From NCBI GenBank assembly GCA_000004985.1, contig GG738856.1: a stretch of DNA of 64,000 nucleotides; one strand, written 5' to 3'. A program made the position numbers and the translations under genes. The notes beneath the pieces were generated by a model. It was given only the letters and a program-made list of their open reading frames with translations. It searched no databases and was not told the origin of the DNA. Positions within the stretch are counted from its first letter, which is position 1, and each line of letters begins with the position of its first letter. Source of the stretch: Naegleria gruberi. Taxonomy: Eukaryota. Shown here piece after piece: positions 11,425 to 23,447 of this stretch.

Positions 11425-14400
11425 ATGGAGCCTCAACCAACATTTTCATTTCTCACGCTCATACATCATTTGGTAAAACAATCACACGATGAGTTGAAAA
11501 AATGTGTGTTGGAAATTAAAAAAGGAATGGATAATTCTAATGATCAATTTGAGAGGGAGGCTTCTACGAGGAAACAAATTTTATTTCAACATTTTCAGGA
11601 AACAAGAGAAAGATTTATCCGATTGCTTGTTCTTTTGAGATGGTCAAAGAAATCCAAGAAGACTCTCGACAAATTTAATCAAGTATCATCAGCTATGGAT
11701 TTAAAAGTTAATTCTTTTGATATGGCATCATTTACACTTTTTCATGCTGCAAGGATTTTGTCAAGATTAAGAGAACCTGTTTTTGATCTTCCAACAGCAA
11801 TTGATGTTTTGACAACAGGAACATATCCAAGACTTCCGCATATCATACAACAGGTTGGTATTAATTTCTTACATTAATTAATCGATTATTCTAGTCACGT
11901 GGAGATTTGCAAAATTCTGCAGATGATTTTACTACTCAAGATAAGGAACGTGCTATTTCAAAGCTTACAGATATTATCAGAATGAAATTACTTCAATGCA
12001 CCATTCCTCCAAACATGTTTGTAAATAAGCTTGAAAATGGTCAAGTCAATTTGATAGCTGAAAATGAATTTTCTATAATTATGACATTAAATCATAAACG
12101 TGAGGAGGGTGAATCTAACACTGACGAGCTTAAATATTATTGGCAAATAATTTATTTGGATTTATTGGTTAATGAGGACGGAATCAATGTGAGCCCAATT
12201 CATGATGATATTGTTCAAAGGCTCAGCACTGTGATACAAAAAAGATTATATTATCTTGATGAATCAGATACTATGGTGCCTTCCATGGTTGATATTTATA
12301 ATATCATCCATTTGGTAACTATTAGGATTGCTATGGATATTATTACAAAACAAGCAAAAACATTGAAGTGGCCAAATGAAATTGTTACTTGTGAAACATT
12401 TAATGAGAGCGTAGATCAAGATTTTTCATTATCACTTAAATATTGGCACAAAGCACCTCCTATGGTGTCATTTATCGAGAAAGTTATGGATGGTATTGAG
12501 GATGATGAAAAGAACTTCTTCCTCAAAGATAAAGGATCTAGGAATGAACTTAAAATTTTCATAGACAAATCAAAACAAATTGTCTTTGACATGCAACCAA
12601 AGCTTAGATGCAATTATACTCCAGCTATTAACCTATCAAGAATTAATCTCGGAAAGATTATTAGTGATTGTATTTTTTATCATTCTATTGAAAGACTGGA
12701 AAGTGTAAAAGTTTTCTTAAATAGAGAAAGATTGTTCCCTGATATCCAATTGATAACAGATGCTGAGTCTAATCAAGCTTACTTGTCTATTTCAGTATTC
12801 GAGGAATATATTCTCATTCTAGGTATTGACTGGAAAACAGGTCACTTCCAACTCCATCTTTCAGTTGACGGAGAAAAGCTAGATGTAGACTATTCAGAGT
12901 TTGTTACACGGATTAATAATATTGACGTGAGAAAGTCCAAATTCTCGGAACAACTTCTTTCCTCTCTGGAGGGTGCTAGAAAGAGAACAATTATTCATGC
13001 TTACAAAACAGCAGGTGCTCTTCTCGATTTGGATGTTCATTCAGCTCTATTCGAAGGAGATGGTCTTTCGGATGAAAATGTTTATTTCTCATTCCCAAAT
13101 GTCAGTACAGCATTTATCCAAATTAGAGTCACTCCATTTTCTTACGAAAGAAGAAAACCTTTGGTTTCTTCTAGAGTGGTAATTGAAAGAAGTCCAAAGA
13201 TTATTGATATCCCTATTCCTTCATCACTATTTTTGGATATTTATCAACCTGCCCCTGAGGAAGAAATTGATAGCTATGAGCCAACACAAAAGAGAGTTAA
13301 GAGAATGACATGCATGACTGCACTTCAGAAAACATTGGTTGCTTTCAGACATTTGAAACAAATTATTGCTGCATCAAAGCATAAAGTACTCTTTGGAACT
13401 ATGTTGAGACAAGTTCAAATCTCAAATAGATTCTCATATGATCTTACTGACCAAGAATATGAAATGATTATCCTTCCAAATGATAACTCTAATTTCTCCT
13501 TCCTTGACTTGGAATGCATTACACTTTCGATTGATGTGAATACTTATGAATGGGTCGCTACTGTATATGAAAGAAGACCTCTTCCAGTTATAATTCCTCA
13601 AAATAGCAAACAACACTACGTAAACGACAGACTCACTTTCAAGTATACTACAATGAGAAATTGTCAAAACCTTTTTGAAGAATTTTATCAAGATTTGCTA
13701 TCTATTGACAGAATGTATCCTTTGGCACTCCAAGTTATCCATCCAAGTCCTCACTTTGCTGGTATTCTTCAACAAGCTTGTACTGTAGAAATGGTATCAC
13801 ATACCAAGATTAGAATTGATTACGGAAATTGTGGATATAAATTAATAATCAAGAATGTAGATAAGAGATATAGAGTTATTTTATATCCAACAAATAGATT
13901 TGAAGCAGATCTAGAAGAATATTTTAACAAACACTCTAGAAATGATACATATGGCGAGGTTATGTGCAAGCTAGTTCAACTTCTTTTGAAGTCAACTGTT
14001 CCTCTCAACAAGCTAAAACAATTCTTGTCTGATCGTCATCCAACTTCATGGTATTTGATACCTAGAAGTATGTACAGTTTCAAAGTTGTACACAAGGGAA
14101 AAACAACTAGGGAATTCTTAGTGACATGTAGAGCATCTGGTCAAGTTGAATTCAAAGCCACAGATGATAGTTTCCATGTGATATCAGCACCATTTGGTGA
14201 GGAAATAGATAATGCTGTATTATCTTTAAAGAGATGTTGTACCTCTTCTACACTTCTAGAAAATATGTCACCACCCCTTCAAATTGCTTTAAGCGCTGAA
14301 AATATCAAACAACAAGACAACACCCTTTCATTCTCCTCTCCAACATATGAATATAGCTGTGAGTTCAACAATTATGAATTGAAGTTGACAAAGATTGTTC

Positions 14401-15008
14401 CTAGGAAGAACAGTATCTTGACTAAAGATGAAGAAGAATTTTTGAAAGAAGCTTTCACAAAGTATTACCTTAATTCAGCTTTAGAGGCTGGAGTATCTCT
14501 ATCAGGCAATTTCTTCTCTCATTCATTCCTTTTGATTTTATTCTTCCCAAATCCATTATTCAAGCATGTTGTTCAAGCATGGTACTTGTTGAAGGATAAG
14601 ATAGATCTCGTTTTCTTTAATCCATATCCAGTGCGTAATGCTCAAAGACGTACATATGATGAGTCTTTTGGTCTGGCAGAAGTTAAATTACCAACATCTC
14701 TTTCTGCATTACTTCCAGTCTTTAGTTCTGGAAAAATTATCGAAAAAAAGACATTGAATTCAGTCTATGTTATTACTCTTTTGGTTAGAGTTTACATTGG
14801 TGATGATTTTATTGATTTGCCTATTCAATATGGAGCTAATATGGAATTGAAATTTGGTGATCAAAAGCTCACATCTGAAGTAGCAACGAAGATAATTGGA
14901 GAATCACAAAGGCAAGAAGTTCCTGAAGAAGGATCTGATAATACTCTTCTCAAGTTGTTGACCTACATTACTGCAAACTGTACAATTCCTCAATTACTAG
15001 ATATTTAA
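11425..15008 (+). CDS. MED14: Mediator complex subunit 14. Two exons: 11425..11853 and 11895..15008 (41-nt intron).
   Basis: The N-terminal MED14 signature FIRLLVLLRWSKKS...LPTAIDVLTTGTYPRLP aligns with human LFVRLLALVKWANN...IPYAIDVLTTGSYPRLP, and the alignment continues after splicing as ERAISKLTDIIRMKLL. The donor CAG|GTTGGT is non-consensus but keeps the frame. Confidence 0.8.
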
Positions 15009-15038
15009 ATAGGTTTATCTATACAATTAAATATTTAT

Positions 15039-16670
15039 TTACTTTTTCTTAATGGCCTGTAAAAACATGTCCTCATCTTCTTGCAATTCACTTTCGTTAA
15101 TTACCAGTGTGAAAGTTTTTGATGATTGCTCTCTTTGTTTCTTCTTTGCTTCAATTCTTCTTTGTGCTTGTTCAGATTCTTTTCTATTATCAATAAGTGC
15201 TCGTTCTCTCTTAGTTTCTCTTTCCAACATATTGTTAATAAATTCCTTTTCTTCCAAAACTTGTTGTTTTTCTTCTCCTCTCAATCCTTCACTCACTTCC
15301 AAAAGCCTAGTTGAACCATCTCTTCCACCAACAGCAATATATTTTCCATAAACACTCAAAGTGTGAAGTCCTTGATCTGACAATCTTAGAGACAACAATG
15401 GTTTGCTTTGCTTGTAGAGATAATCCCAAACATCAAGTGTGTCCAATCACCAACAGTCATAAAGTATTTTTGAAGGAATGGATTTCTTTGAATTGAATAA
15501 ATTGGACCATGGTGATGATGATGTCCATAGTAAACTTTATCAATGGCCGTACCCTTATTCTTTCTTCTCGTACAACTCAAAACAGCACCTTGTTCAGTAC
15601 CAATCATAAATTTGGTTGGCTGTGTAGTGTTAAAATTACTGAAATAATTTAGTTCAACTTACACTGTAAGAAACATCGTAATCAATAGATTCACCTCCCA
15701 ATAAACCTTGGAGTTTGCATTCACCATTTTTATCATCAGGAATTCTAAGCTCAAGAGTTTCAGAATCGACTGGATTTGAAAGGTTTCTTGTATCCCAAGT
15801 TAGTACTTGACCATCAGTTGAAGTTGAAATAAAGAATGTTGCACTCTTACTTTGAAGCCATTGAATATCATAAATTGGATCTCTGTGACTTGTTTTAAGG
15901 TCGGAAATGAGAACTTCCTCACCTCCTTTTCTTGTGTCAAATATACAAACAACACCATTGTAGCAACCTCCTGCCACTGTAGAGTTTTCCTTAGGGTTAT
16001 ATCTGATAGATGTTAAATGAGATGATGGAAGTAAAGTCACGTCTGGTTCATTGGCATTATTCACATCCCAAACGTATGCATTTGTCGGTATTTTCTTTGT
16101 TGAACTTTGAAAATCTAGGTTGGCATAAGCTACTGCCAGCTTTGAACCATCACTAGGAAGCCAAGAGATTTTGGTTGCTGTTCTCTTATCTTGGCAAGGA
16201 TCTTTGAACACCGACACAGTTTTAACCATAGATCTTTCACTTCCAAAGTCTTGTACAGTTTCCTTAAAGTAGCTACCAAATATATTGATCGCATTATTTT
16301 GTTGAATGTAATATTCAGCGTTATCTCTTAAAGAGATGAACGAATTCAAATCTTCAATATTATTTTCAATTTTCTTGATGTATCTTTCCTTGCTTGATAA
16401 TTTTGATGTATCGACATCCTTTGGCCAACCTCCTTCATTGTGCATCATTCCTTGTTCTTTTGTTTCATGGGTCTCCGTATTAGTAAAGTGTTCAGAAAAT
16501 TCGGCAACAGCTTGAGCTCCTACACTTCTGGGTTCCCTATTAATATATTTTTGCTTAAATTCCTCACTTGGTTTGATATCAACGATCATTTCGGGTTCAG
16601 TATCCACAAAATGACCACTATATCTACCAAATTGTTTCCTCAGCTTTTTGTATACTGTTACAATATCCAT
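15039..16670 (-). CDS. DNAI2: Axonemal outer-arm dynein intermediate chain 2 (IC2/IC69, WD-repeat). Exons 16670..15663 and 15619..15443, then an apparent frameshift or deletion, then 15437..15039.
   Basis: Strong alignment to DNAI2: MDIVTVYKKLRKQ, HNEGGWPKDV, PTKFMIGTEQG, GPIYSIQRNPF...TVGDW and LDVWDY...LLEVS. A 43-nt GTAAGT intron (15662..15620) is clean. Between TVGDW (frame A) and LDVWDY (frame C) only 5 nt remain where orthologs have about 45 aa. The gene is therefore interrupted as sequenced (see findings). Confidence 0.75.
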
Positions 16671-16942
16671 TTTGAGCACAATGTATAATTAATGTTACTG
16701 AGAGCTACAACGAGCGTGTTGTATTGCCAATTTTTTTTAGTGTTTTTTAAAAAGTTTCCCGCTTTTTTTGTAGTGGCTATTTGTGCCAAGCAAACAACAA
16801 CGACATCGTAAATTTAATTGTTCAATTATATTATTTCATCATCAAATTTATTATATCGGATCATGAAATTAAAAACTGTTTAAAACAGAGAAGGGTATTT
16901 ATTTACAGTTCGCCTAGTAAGTAATATTCACTAAATAATTTT

Positions 16943-18642
16943 CTATCTAATTCTCATAAAATGAATTAGTCCTTTTTCAGAGTCACCAAGTGTGGCCAAA
17001 ACCTTATCTTCAATCATTGAACTTTTTTGACCATTTGATGAAGAGGTAGACGAAGAAGAAGGTACAGATGTGGTGGAGGTTAGTAGAGCAGCTGCTGAGG
17101 AAGAGGCAAGAGCTGGTGAGTTTCTTTTGCTGCTGTTGCTGCTGCTACTGGTCAATCCTCTAATCTTATCATAGCTACTGGATCTGGCATGTCTTCTGTG
17201 TGGAATTGGTGATGAGTGAATAGTTGGTGAGTTGATAAGGGATTGGCATTTGGATGGATCTTGGACAAAATAGTTTAAAAATTGAATTCTGCAAAATGTT
17301 AAATTTGAGGCTGGTGAAATACTTACTTGGTGGTTGCATGTGAAGGTTGATAAGAGGCAGCTTCTTTACATTTTTGTCTAACATCAAACATAATCTTGGT
17401 CTTAATCATAAGCAAAAGTGGTGTAATTGATAGAATATGAGACATGATCAATGTTTGCAACAATAAATTCTTATCCATTGATTGTAAAAAGTCCCAATTC
17501 CATTCACCAATCACTGATTTGAAATACGATTCACTATTACAACAAAACATCATTCCCTTTCCCTCTAAATCAATCTGAATAAACTCCTTATTAGTGGAAT
17601 AATGTTCACACCACTCAAAGATCTGAACAAATACCTGGGATGAGAATACGACACAACCTTCCATTGTAACTTTTTGATTGTAACTTGTTACGAGTGAAGG
17701 AATGTCCTCTGGATAATCGATGGCAAAATGAAAACAAAAAGGAATTTGTAACTCTATGGTTTGGATCTTTCCCTCATCAATCTTACATGCAATGGATGGA
17801 ATGAGGAAGCAAGCATTCTCTGAGATGGTAAGAGTCGTGGATGTTTTCTTTGGAATTTCTTCATCAATCGAATAGTCATTGGAGAAACGAAACTCTACAT
17901 CAGAAAATTGTTTCCCACTTAAACACTTCTTCAATCTCTTGTGTATATACCTCTGTGTAATACAATCGTCAAAGACCCATTCGATTGTTATCGATTTGGG
18001 ATGTAATAATGGTTGTTGTGAAGTTTGTGCTTGAATTGACTCTTCTTGACTCAAATTACCTCTATAACATTGCACATTGAAATGTTTAGAATTAATTGGT
18101 ATGTTGTTTTGTTGATTATGATGTTGCTGTCTCATTGATGATGCTTGACTCCTTTCAGAATTTTGATTAGTAGAAACTGAATCACTTGGAAAGTAATCCT
18201 GACTATTTCCACTATAATTCTGACTCATTGAATTGTTGTTGTACTGAAGCTGCTGATTCAGAAAGCTTTGATGATAATACGAAGTTGGAGAGGCTCTAAA
18301 TGATTTTGATGAAATTTCCTCAATTAACGATTGAGTTGTTTCATCACTAATTTGATCCATCATAAAGGAGGTACTACTGTTTGTTCTGGTAACACTTGTT
18401 TGATGATTATCAGAAGCAGAATTGTGGGGAGTTTGTTGATCATCTTGTTCCTCCATTCTGTTGCTGTTATTTGGAATGCAATAGAGGAAGGATCGACGAA
18501 GCAGTTTTTTAAGTTGCATAAATCTTTTTTTTGGCATTTGATCAACTGAAGATTCTTTGCTTTGGGTTTTAAAAGATGAGCAGCTATGGAATTGTGCTGT
18601 ATATATGGAATGAACATAATTGCAGATTACGTATATTACCAT
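16943..18642 (-). CDS. Hypothetical protein with a Ser-rich C-terminal tail. Two exons: 18642..17327 and 17288..16943 (38-nt intron; GTAAGT donor overlaps the apparent stop of ORF 17323..18642).
   Basis: The 439-aa ORF ends ...ATTK*, where the TAA stop is part of GTAAGT. Splicing to the acceptor TTTTGCAG at 17289 joins in phase 2 to the downstream open frame, which ends ...IEDKVLATLGDSEKGLIHFMRIR. No domain recognised. The start may be the second ATG (MPKKRF, about 18537). Confidence 0.45.
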
Positions 18643-18727
18643 ATTTGTTACCCTACAAAAATAACATATTTTCTAAAAATGGTAGATTGTTATATTTTTA
18701 CATTTTTTACATTTACAAATATAAATT

Positions 18728-20362
18728 TTATTCAAAGGATTCAGTGGCAACAATTGCTTGAACCTCTTTCTTATCACCGATGTAGGCACCTCTCAACAGA
18801 TAAGTCTTGAGATTAATGATATGTTTAGCATCAACTCCTGAAGCATGTGGATGAGTTTGAATTGTCTTGTGTAAAACTTCAATGGTATTAAATTTCCATT
18901 CTTTGGTCTCCTTATTAGGTTCTGTATTTCTATCGATAATGTAATCAAAGAATTCGCTATGTGCATTAACATGATTCTTCACAAGATTGATTCTTGAGCA
19001 CAAGCCTTTCAAAAAGTGATAGATGGCACATCTCACATCAGAGAATGGAGCTCTCAAATTATACATGGCATAGTTCATAATGTAACTGTTAGAAGGTTTT
19101 GTGATACTTGGTTCAATTCTCTTCTTTAACATGGACTCGAGTACGTTGACAATCTTTTCAGCTCTCTCATCGTCAATTCTAGGTGATTCGAGGATAGAGC
19201 CTAGTGAGTGGTAGAATGCTTGAGCAATTTGGTCGTTGATGGAATCGGCATAGAAAACCAGATATTTTGAAAGTTTTTCCTCATCTCCAAGGAGAATAAA
19301 GTCCAAATTCTTTACCGATGATTTACACAAAGCGCCAATTACTGAAATGGCTACTATTTGAGATTCCTTATTGAATGTATTCGAAAGATCTTCATTAAAG
19401 AGTTTCAAAATGATTGATGGTGGCACTGACAATTTGGATTCTTCTCCAAAGAATAAATTTTCTGCAGCATCTGAAATATCAGCAATCAAATTGAGAATAA
19501 ATGTATAGGTGAGTTGATCCTCTTGGTTGTCATTGAGAATAGCCATTAATAAATCAAATGATCCCTCTTCTTTCAAAGAATTGGCTCCTTGTTTCTTGAA
19601 GCTTTGAAGGCAAAGGGCTTTGAAAATTTCCAAAAAGTTTAAAATTGACAAAATATCATCCTTTGAATTCTTAAAATCGTTATTGAACAATTTGAAAAGA
19701 CCAATATTAGAAACAGCATCGAAAGCTTCTTGGGACAGTCCACATAAAGTTGTCATTAATTCATACACTCTAAATCTATTAATTTCATTTCCAGATTTTG
19801 GCAATTCACCCAATAATTTATCAACCAATAAAGCTTTGTGCTTGTAGAAAATTGCATCTATGCCATCCAATGTCGACGCAATGTTTGTGATGATTTTTAC
19901 AGCAACTTTTTCCACAGAAATTTCAGGATCCAACATTCCACTATACAAAATATCCAAAAACAATTCAGGATTAGCCATCAATGTTTGTAAAGTACATCTA
20001 GCAACTTGATTAATGGTCAATCGTCTAACAATTTCGAATGGATGCTTGTATCCCTGTGCAAGAAATTGTCCAACAATCGGATCAACCAACAAAGCTTGAT
20101 TAACATCGGTTTCTTCCATAATTTTCCCAAAAACAAATACTATCAATTGTAACTGTTCAAGTGATTTTGTGTCAAAACATGGCAAAAAGCTTTGAATCGG
20201 AATATTTGTTGTTAATGTTTGCACTCTTTCTCTAGCTGCTCTAGCATCACCTTGTTGAATCAAGTAAGCCTGAAGTGTCTCGAGGGCCTTGATGATATTA
20301 GCCTTCTTTCCACCCTCCAACCAAGTTTTCAATTGGACAAAGTCTGTTGTTGTAGCTGGCAT
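18728..20362 (-). CDS. PSMD5: 26S proteasome non-ATPase regulatory subunit 5 (S5b) homolog
   Basis: A 544-aa ARM/HEAT-like protein. RFRVYELM aligns to RYRVYELI, and the C-terminal INLKTYLLRGAYIG aligns to LRLRTYLSEGPYYV of human PSMD5. Confidence 0.65.
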   Translation of the reverse strand: MPATTTDFVQLKTWLEGGKKANIIKALETLQAYLIQQGDARAARERVQTLTTNIPIQSFLPCFDTKSLEQLQLIVFVFGKIMEETDVNQALLVDPIVGQFLAQGYKHPFEIVRRLTINQVARCTLQTLMANPELFLDILYSGMLDPEISVEKVAVKIITNIASTLDGIDAIFYKHKALLVDKLLGELPKSGNEINRFRVYELMTTLCGLSQEAFDAVSNIGLFKLFNNDFKNSKDDILSILNFLEIFKALCLQSFKKQGANSLKEEGSFDLLMAILNDNQEDQLTYTFILNLIADISDAAENLFFGEESKLSVPPSIILKLFNEDLSNTFNKESQIVAISVIGALCKSSVKNLDFILLGDEEKLSKYLVFYADSINDQIAQAFYHSLGSILESPRIDDERAEKIVNVLESMLKKRIEPSITKPSNSYIMNYAMYNLRAPFSDVRCAIYHFLKGLCSRINLVKNHVNAHSEFFDYIIDRNTEPNKETKEWKFNTIEVLHKTIQTHPHASGVDAKHIINLKTYLLRGAYIGDKKEVQAIVATESFE

Positions 20363-20687
20363 TTGTTGATGTATTTTTTCGGAAGTGTTTTTGGAATCTT
20401 GAATTTAAAAATAGAAAATTTATTGACTCTTCTTGCGACATGAAAATTTTCATTTTTGCACTCACTTTGTTGTCAAGGAATTTGGACAATCCAGACAAAA
20501 TCTAACAAATTACTGGACATCTTCCATTATTGCTCAAGATTGATACAAGAGGCACTGAATGGCCAACTTGAACAATAAAAAAGATCAAAATTTTTGTTGT
20601 AATTTTATCGAGGTTGGTCAACCTTTGCAACCAAAACAAGTTACGTTCTGACTTTTTACTTGTTAAAAAAATTCACAACACATCAGT

Positions 20688-22226
20688 ATGCAACACGTTG
20701 ACACACTAAACGAACAACATGTTGACGACTTGCATCATAAAGCAGATATTGCACGAAGCAATGAACTTGAATTAACACCAGAAGAGCAACAACAACATGA
20801 AGTAAAAACACAAGTTGTCGAGCTACCACTAACAACAACAACAGACAAGACGGTACTCATGAACAATCATCAACCAATTCATTTAAATTTGAGAGGTACA
20901 ATCATGACAGTTTCGTTGAGTACATTCTATTCATGTAAAAGAGAATTGGAAGACAATTTTTTTATGAAAATGTTTTCTGGTGAGCAACCCATCTATAGAA
21001 CTAATTGTCAATCATCGAGTGAGCCAATTTATTTTATTGATTGTGATCCAATCGTATTTAAAAGTGTCCTTGATTGGTTACAATATGGTATTGTGAAAAA
21101 TAATGAACTATCAGGTGAATTGAAAAATGCTTGTAAATTATTCAAACTGTCAACTATTGTTAATATTTTAGAAAATAGAAAATTATCCTATTTAAATTTT
21201 TCAAATTGTGAATTTCAAAATTTAACTTTAAAAGGAATGTACTTGTGTAATTTTACAAATGCTAAATTTGTTAAGTGCTATTTGAAATTTAAAAGTAGAG
21301 ATTATTGTACAATTGATAAATGTGAATTTATTGATTGCGTTTTGAATAGCACATGCTTTACTAGAGATTTCTCAAAGACCAACTTGTCATTGAAAAATAA
21401 TAATACTTTTAATGGATGTAGATTTAAAGATTTAAATTTGACACGTTTAAAAAGTCTATCACAATTTAATGGATGTATATTCGAAAGTTGTTCATTTAGT
21501 TTTGAAAACTTTTCCGAAAAACAAATTGAAAACAGTACTTTTGAAAAAGTTGATTTTAAAAATCAAAATTTGAAAGGTTTTACATTTAAAAATGTTGAAT
21601 TGATTAATTGTTATAATTTTATAGGTCATTGTGAATGTGATTCTGAAGGTACTTTTCAATTTTGTAATTCAACTCTCATTCCAAATTCATTTATTTATTC
21701 TAAATTATTTACAAGTTGTAAAAGTAAATCAATTCCTAAATTGCTATACCGAGGTACCATAGATGGCTTTAAAGCAAAGAATTTTCATTCAAAATGTGAC
21801 AATGCTGGTCCAACATTGGTAATTATCAAATCTGAACATGATGAATTATTTGGTGGTTTCACAACCCAAAATTGGAAATCTCCAACTAATGATTACGCAT
21901 TTGGAAAGGACAATTCTGCATTTATTTTCAAAATTATTCCTGAGAATGAAAATTATCAATTTCAAAAGTTTGACATTTTAAAAAACAAGCAAAAACATGC
22001 AATTTATTTAGATAATAATTACTTGTCTTCATTTGGAGCGTATGGTTGTGATATTTGTATCAAGGACGATTGTAATTTAAATAGCCATTCTTTTTCCAAG
22101 TTTGGATGTAATTATGAATTACCTGATGGATTTAAAACTGACTCATTCGAAGCTCATTCTTATTTGGCTGGAAGTTACGAGTTCAGAGTTGTTGAAATTG
22201 AGGTTTTCAAAATAAGAAATCAATAA
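20688..22226 (+). CDS. BTB/POZ (KCTD-like tetramerisation) plus pentapeptide-repeat region plus C-terminal TLDc domain protein
   Basis: The N-terminus IHLNLRGTIMTVSLSTF...PIYFIDCDPIVFKSVLDWLQYG is a T1/BTB_2 fold. The central block NFSNCEFQNLTLKGMYLCNFTNAKF... matches the pentapeptide-repeat pattern. The C-terminus LLYRGTIDGFKAKNFHSKCDNAGPTLVIIKS..LFGGFT is TLDc-like. The BTB and pentapeptide portion resembles KCTD9. Confidence 0.6.
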   Translation: MQHVDTLNEQHVDDLHHKADIARSNELELTPEEQQQHEVKTQVVELPLTTTTDKTVLMNNHQPIHLNLRGTIMTVSLSTFYSCKRELEDNFFMKMFSGEQPIYRTNCQSSSEPIYFIDCDPIVFKSVLDWLQYGIVKNNELSGELKNACKLFKLSTIVNILENRKLSYLNFSNCEFQNLTLKGMYLCNFTNAKFVKCYLKFKSRDYCTIDKCEFIDCVLNSTCFTRDFSKTNLSLKNNNTFNGCRFKDLNLTRLKSLSQFNGCIFESCSFSFENFSEKQIENSTFEKVDFKNQNLKGFTFKNVELINCYNFIGHCECDSEGTFQFCNSTLIPNSFIYSKLFTSCKSKSIPKLLYRGTIDGFKAKNFHSKCDNAGPTLVIIKSEHDELFGGFTTQNWKSPTNDYAFGKDNSAFIFKIIPENENYQFQKFDILKNKQKHAIYLDNNYLSSFGAYGCDICIKDDCNLNSHSFSKFGCNYELPDGFKTDSFEAHSYLAGSYEFRVVEIEVFKIRNQ

Positions 22227-22978
22227 CTTTCAATCAACTTGGAACTAATTTTTAAATATAATATTCATTCACTTTCATCCTTAATAAAATCCTTAAAAAA
22301 AAAGAAACGAAAACTTTCGACACCTTGAAAACGAAGAGCCTTAAAACTTCACATGGATTTCTATCTCGCACCAAAGATACGATTCTAATGTGACCTTCTT
22401 GGTTGAGCTGAGCTTGGTTGAGAGTGGACGTGGTCATGCTATTGTTAATAGGAAAGAGAGTTTTCACACTTCATGTTTTGGATGAAAGTTATTGGAAAGG
22501 GCGAGAAAGTAACTGAAAATTGGAGAATTAAGAGAAGCGAAAGAAAGCTTGTTGCCCTTGTCAGATCAGTCAAAGTACATTGCAAATATCGTTTATCTTC
22601 TATTTTGCCAAAATGTTTAAATCGAAAGGACTTGTATTCGAAAGTATATTCGAATGCACTACGCTGTACTTGGATTCAGAACATTTGTAAAGTTTATCAA
22701 AATTCTTTAAATACACTTAGTCAGTAAACCATCAACCAAATAGATGCCTTGAACTCGTTATAACCAGATGGAATTTTATCTTAATTCTGCGGTCAACCAA
22801 CTAATGGATTTGGAAAAGAGCGCATGGAAGGTTGTCCATCCACACCTCTTCAACCATTGGTTGAAATTCAACTTTACAAAAACAAATTGATAAATAGTGG
22901 AAGCTTAAAGAGCTTTAAATTTCACTGTCAAACAGAGAATTTCATTAATCAAAAAAAAAAATTCACACAACCGAAATC

Positions 22979-23338
22979 ATGAAATCTGCCCTTCTTCTTA
23001 CTCTCACCATCTTGGTATCCCTAGCAATTGCCACAACTGCATTGAAATGTTACAGTGGCATTCAACAAACAGGCACTGGTACCATTACAACAATTATTGA
23101 AGTTAGTAACTCAACTCTAACCAATTATGTCTGTGCTCGTTATGAACAAAGTGTTTCATTTGTTACTCAAAAGGTTTTCACATATACTGACAAGGCAACA
23201 TGTGACAATTGGTTATCAATTACCACATTCCAAAAGGTTTATTGTTGTAATACTGATTTGTGTAATGGTGGAGAACATGTTGTTGGATCTGCATTGATGA
23301 TTGGTTTGGCTATCATTGCTTCTTTCATTCTTTTGTAA
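22979..23338 (+). CDS. Small secreted, GPI-anchored Ly6/uPAR (three-finger) domain protein
   Basis: Signal peptide MKSALLLTLTILVSLAIA, mature start LKCYSG, eight or more Cys including the hallmark ...YCCNTDLCN, and a hydrophobic C-terminal tail (SALMIGLAIIASFILL) typical of a GPI signal. Confidence 0.5.
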   Translation: MKSALLLTLTILVSLAIATTALKCYSGIQQTGTGTITTIIEVSNSTLTNYVCARYEQSVSFVTQKVFTYTDKATCDNWLSITTFQKVYCCNTDLCNGGEHVVGSALMIGLAIIASFILL

Positions 23339-23447
23339 TTATCAATGAAATACTCAGAATAAAAACTGAAAATGAAGTTAATATCAGAATTGAATGCAAT
23401 CTTTAGTTTCCGTTTTCCAAAAACATTTTTTATGAATTTTAAAAAAA

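Noticed and set aside
11854-11877. Apparent C-terminus VGINFLH* of track ORF 11425..11877
   Set aside because: The MED14 alignment continues in ORF 11907..15008, so this stretch is intron, not a terminus.
22252-22727. Small ORFs in the 750-nt spacer between the TLDc gene and the Ly6-like gene
   Set aside because: They are AT-rich intergenic sequence with no conservation signal or start context.
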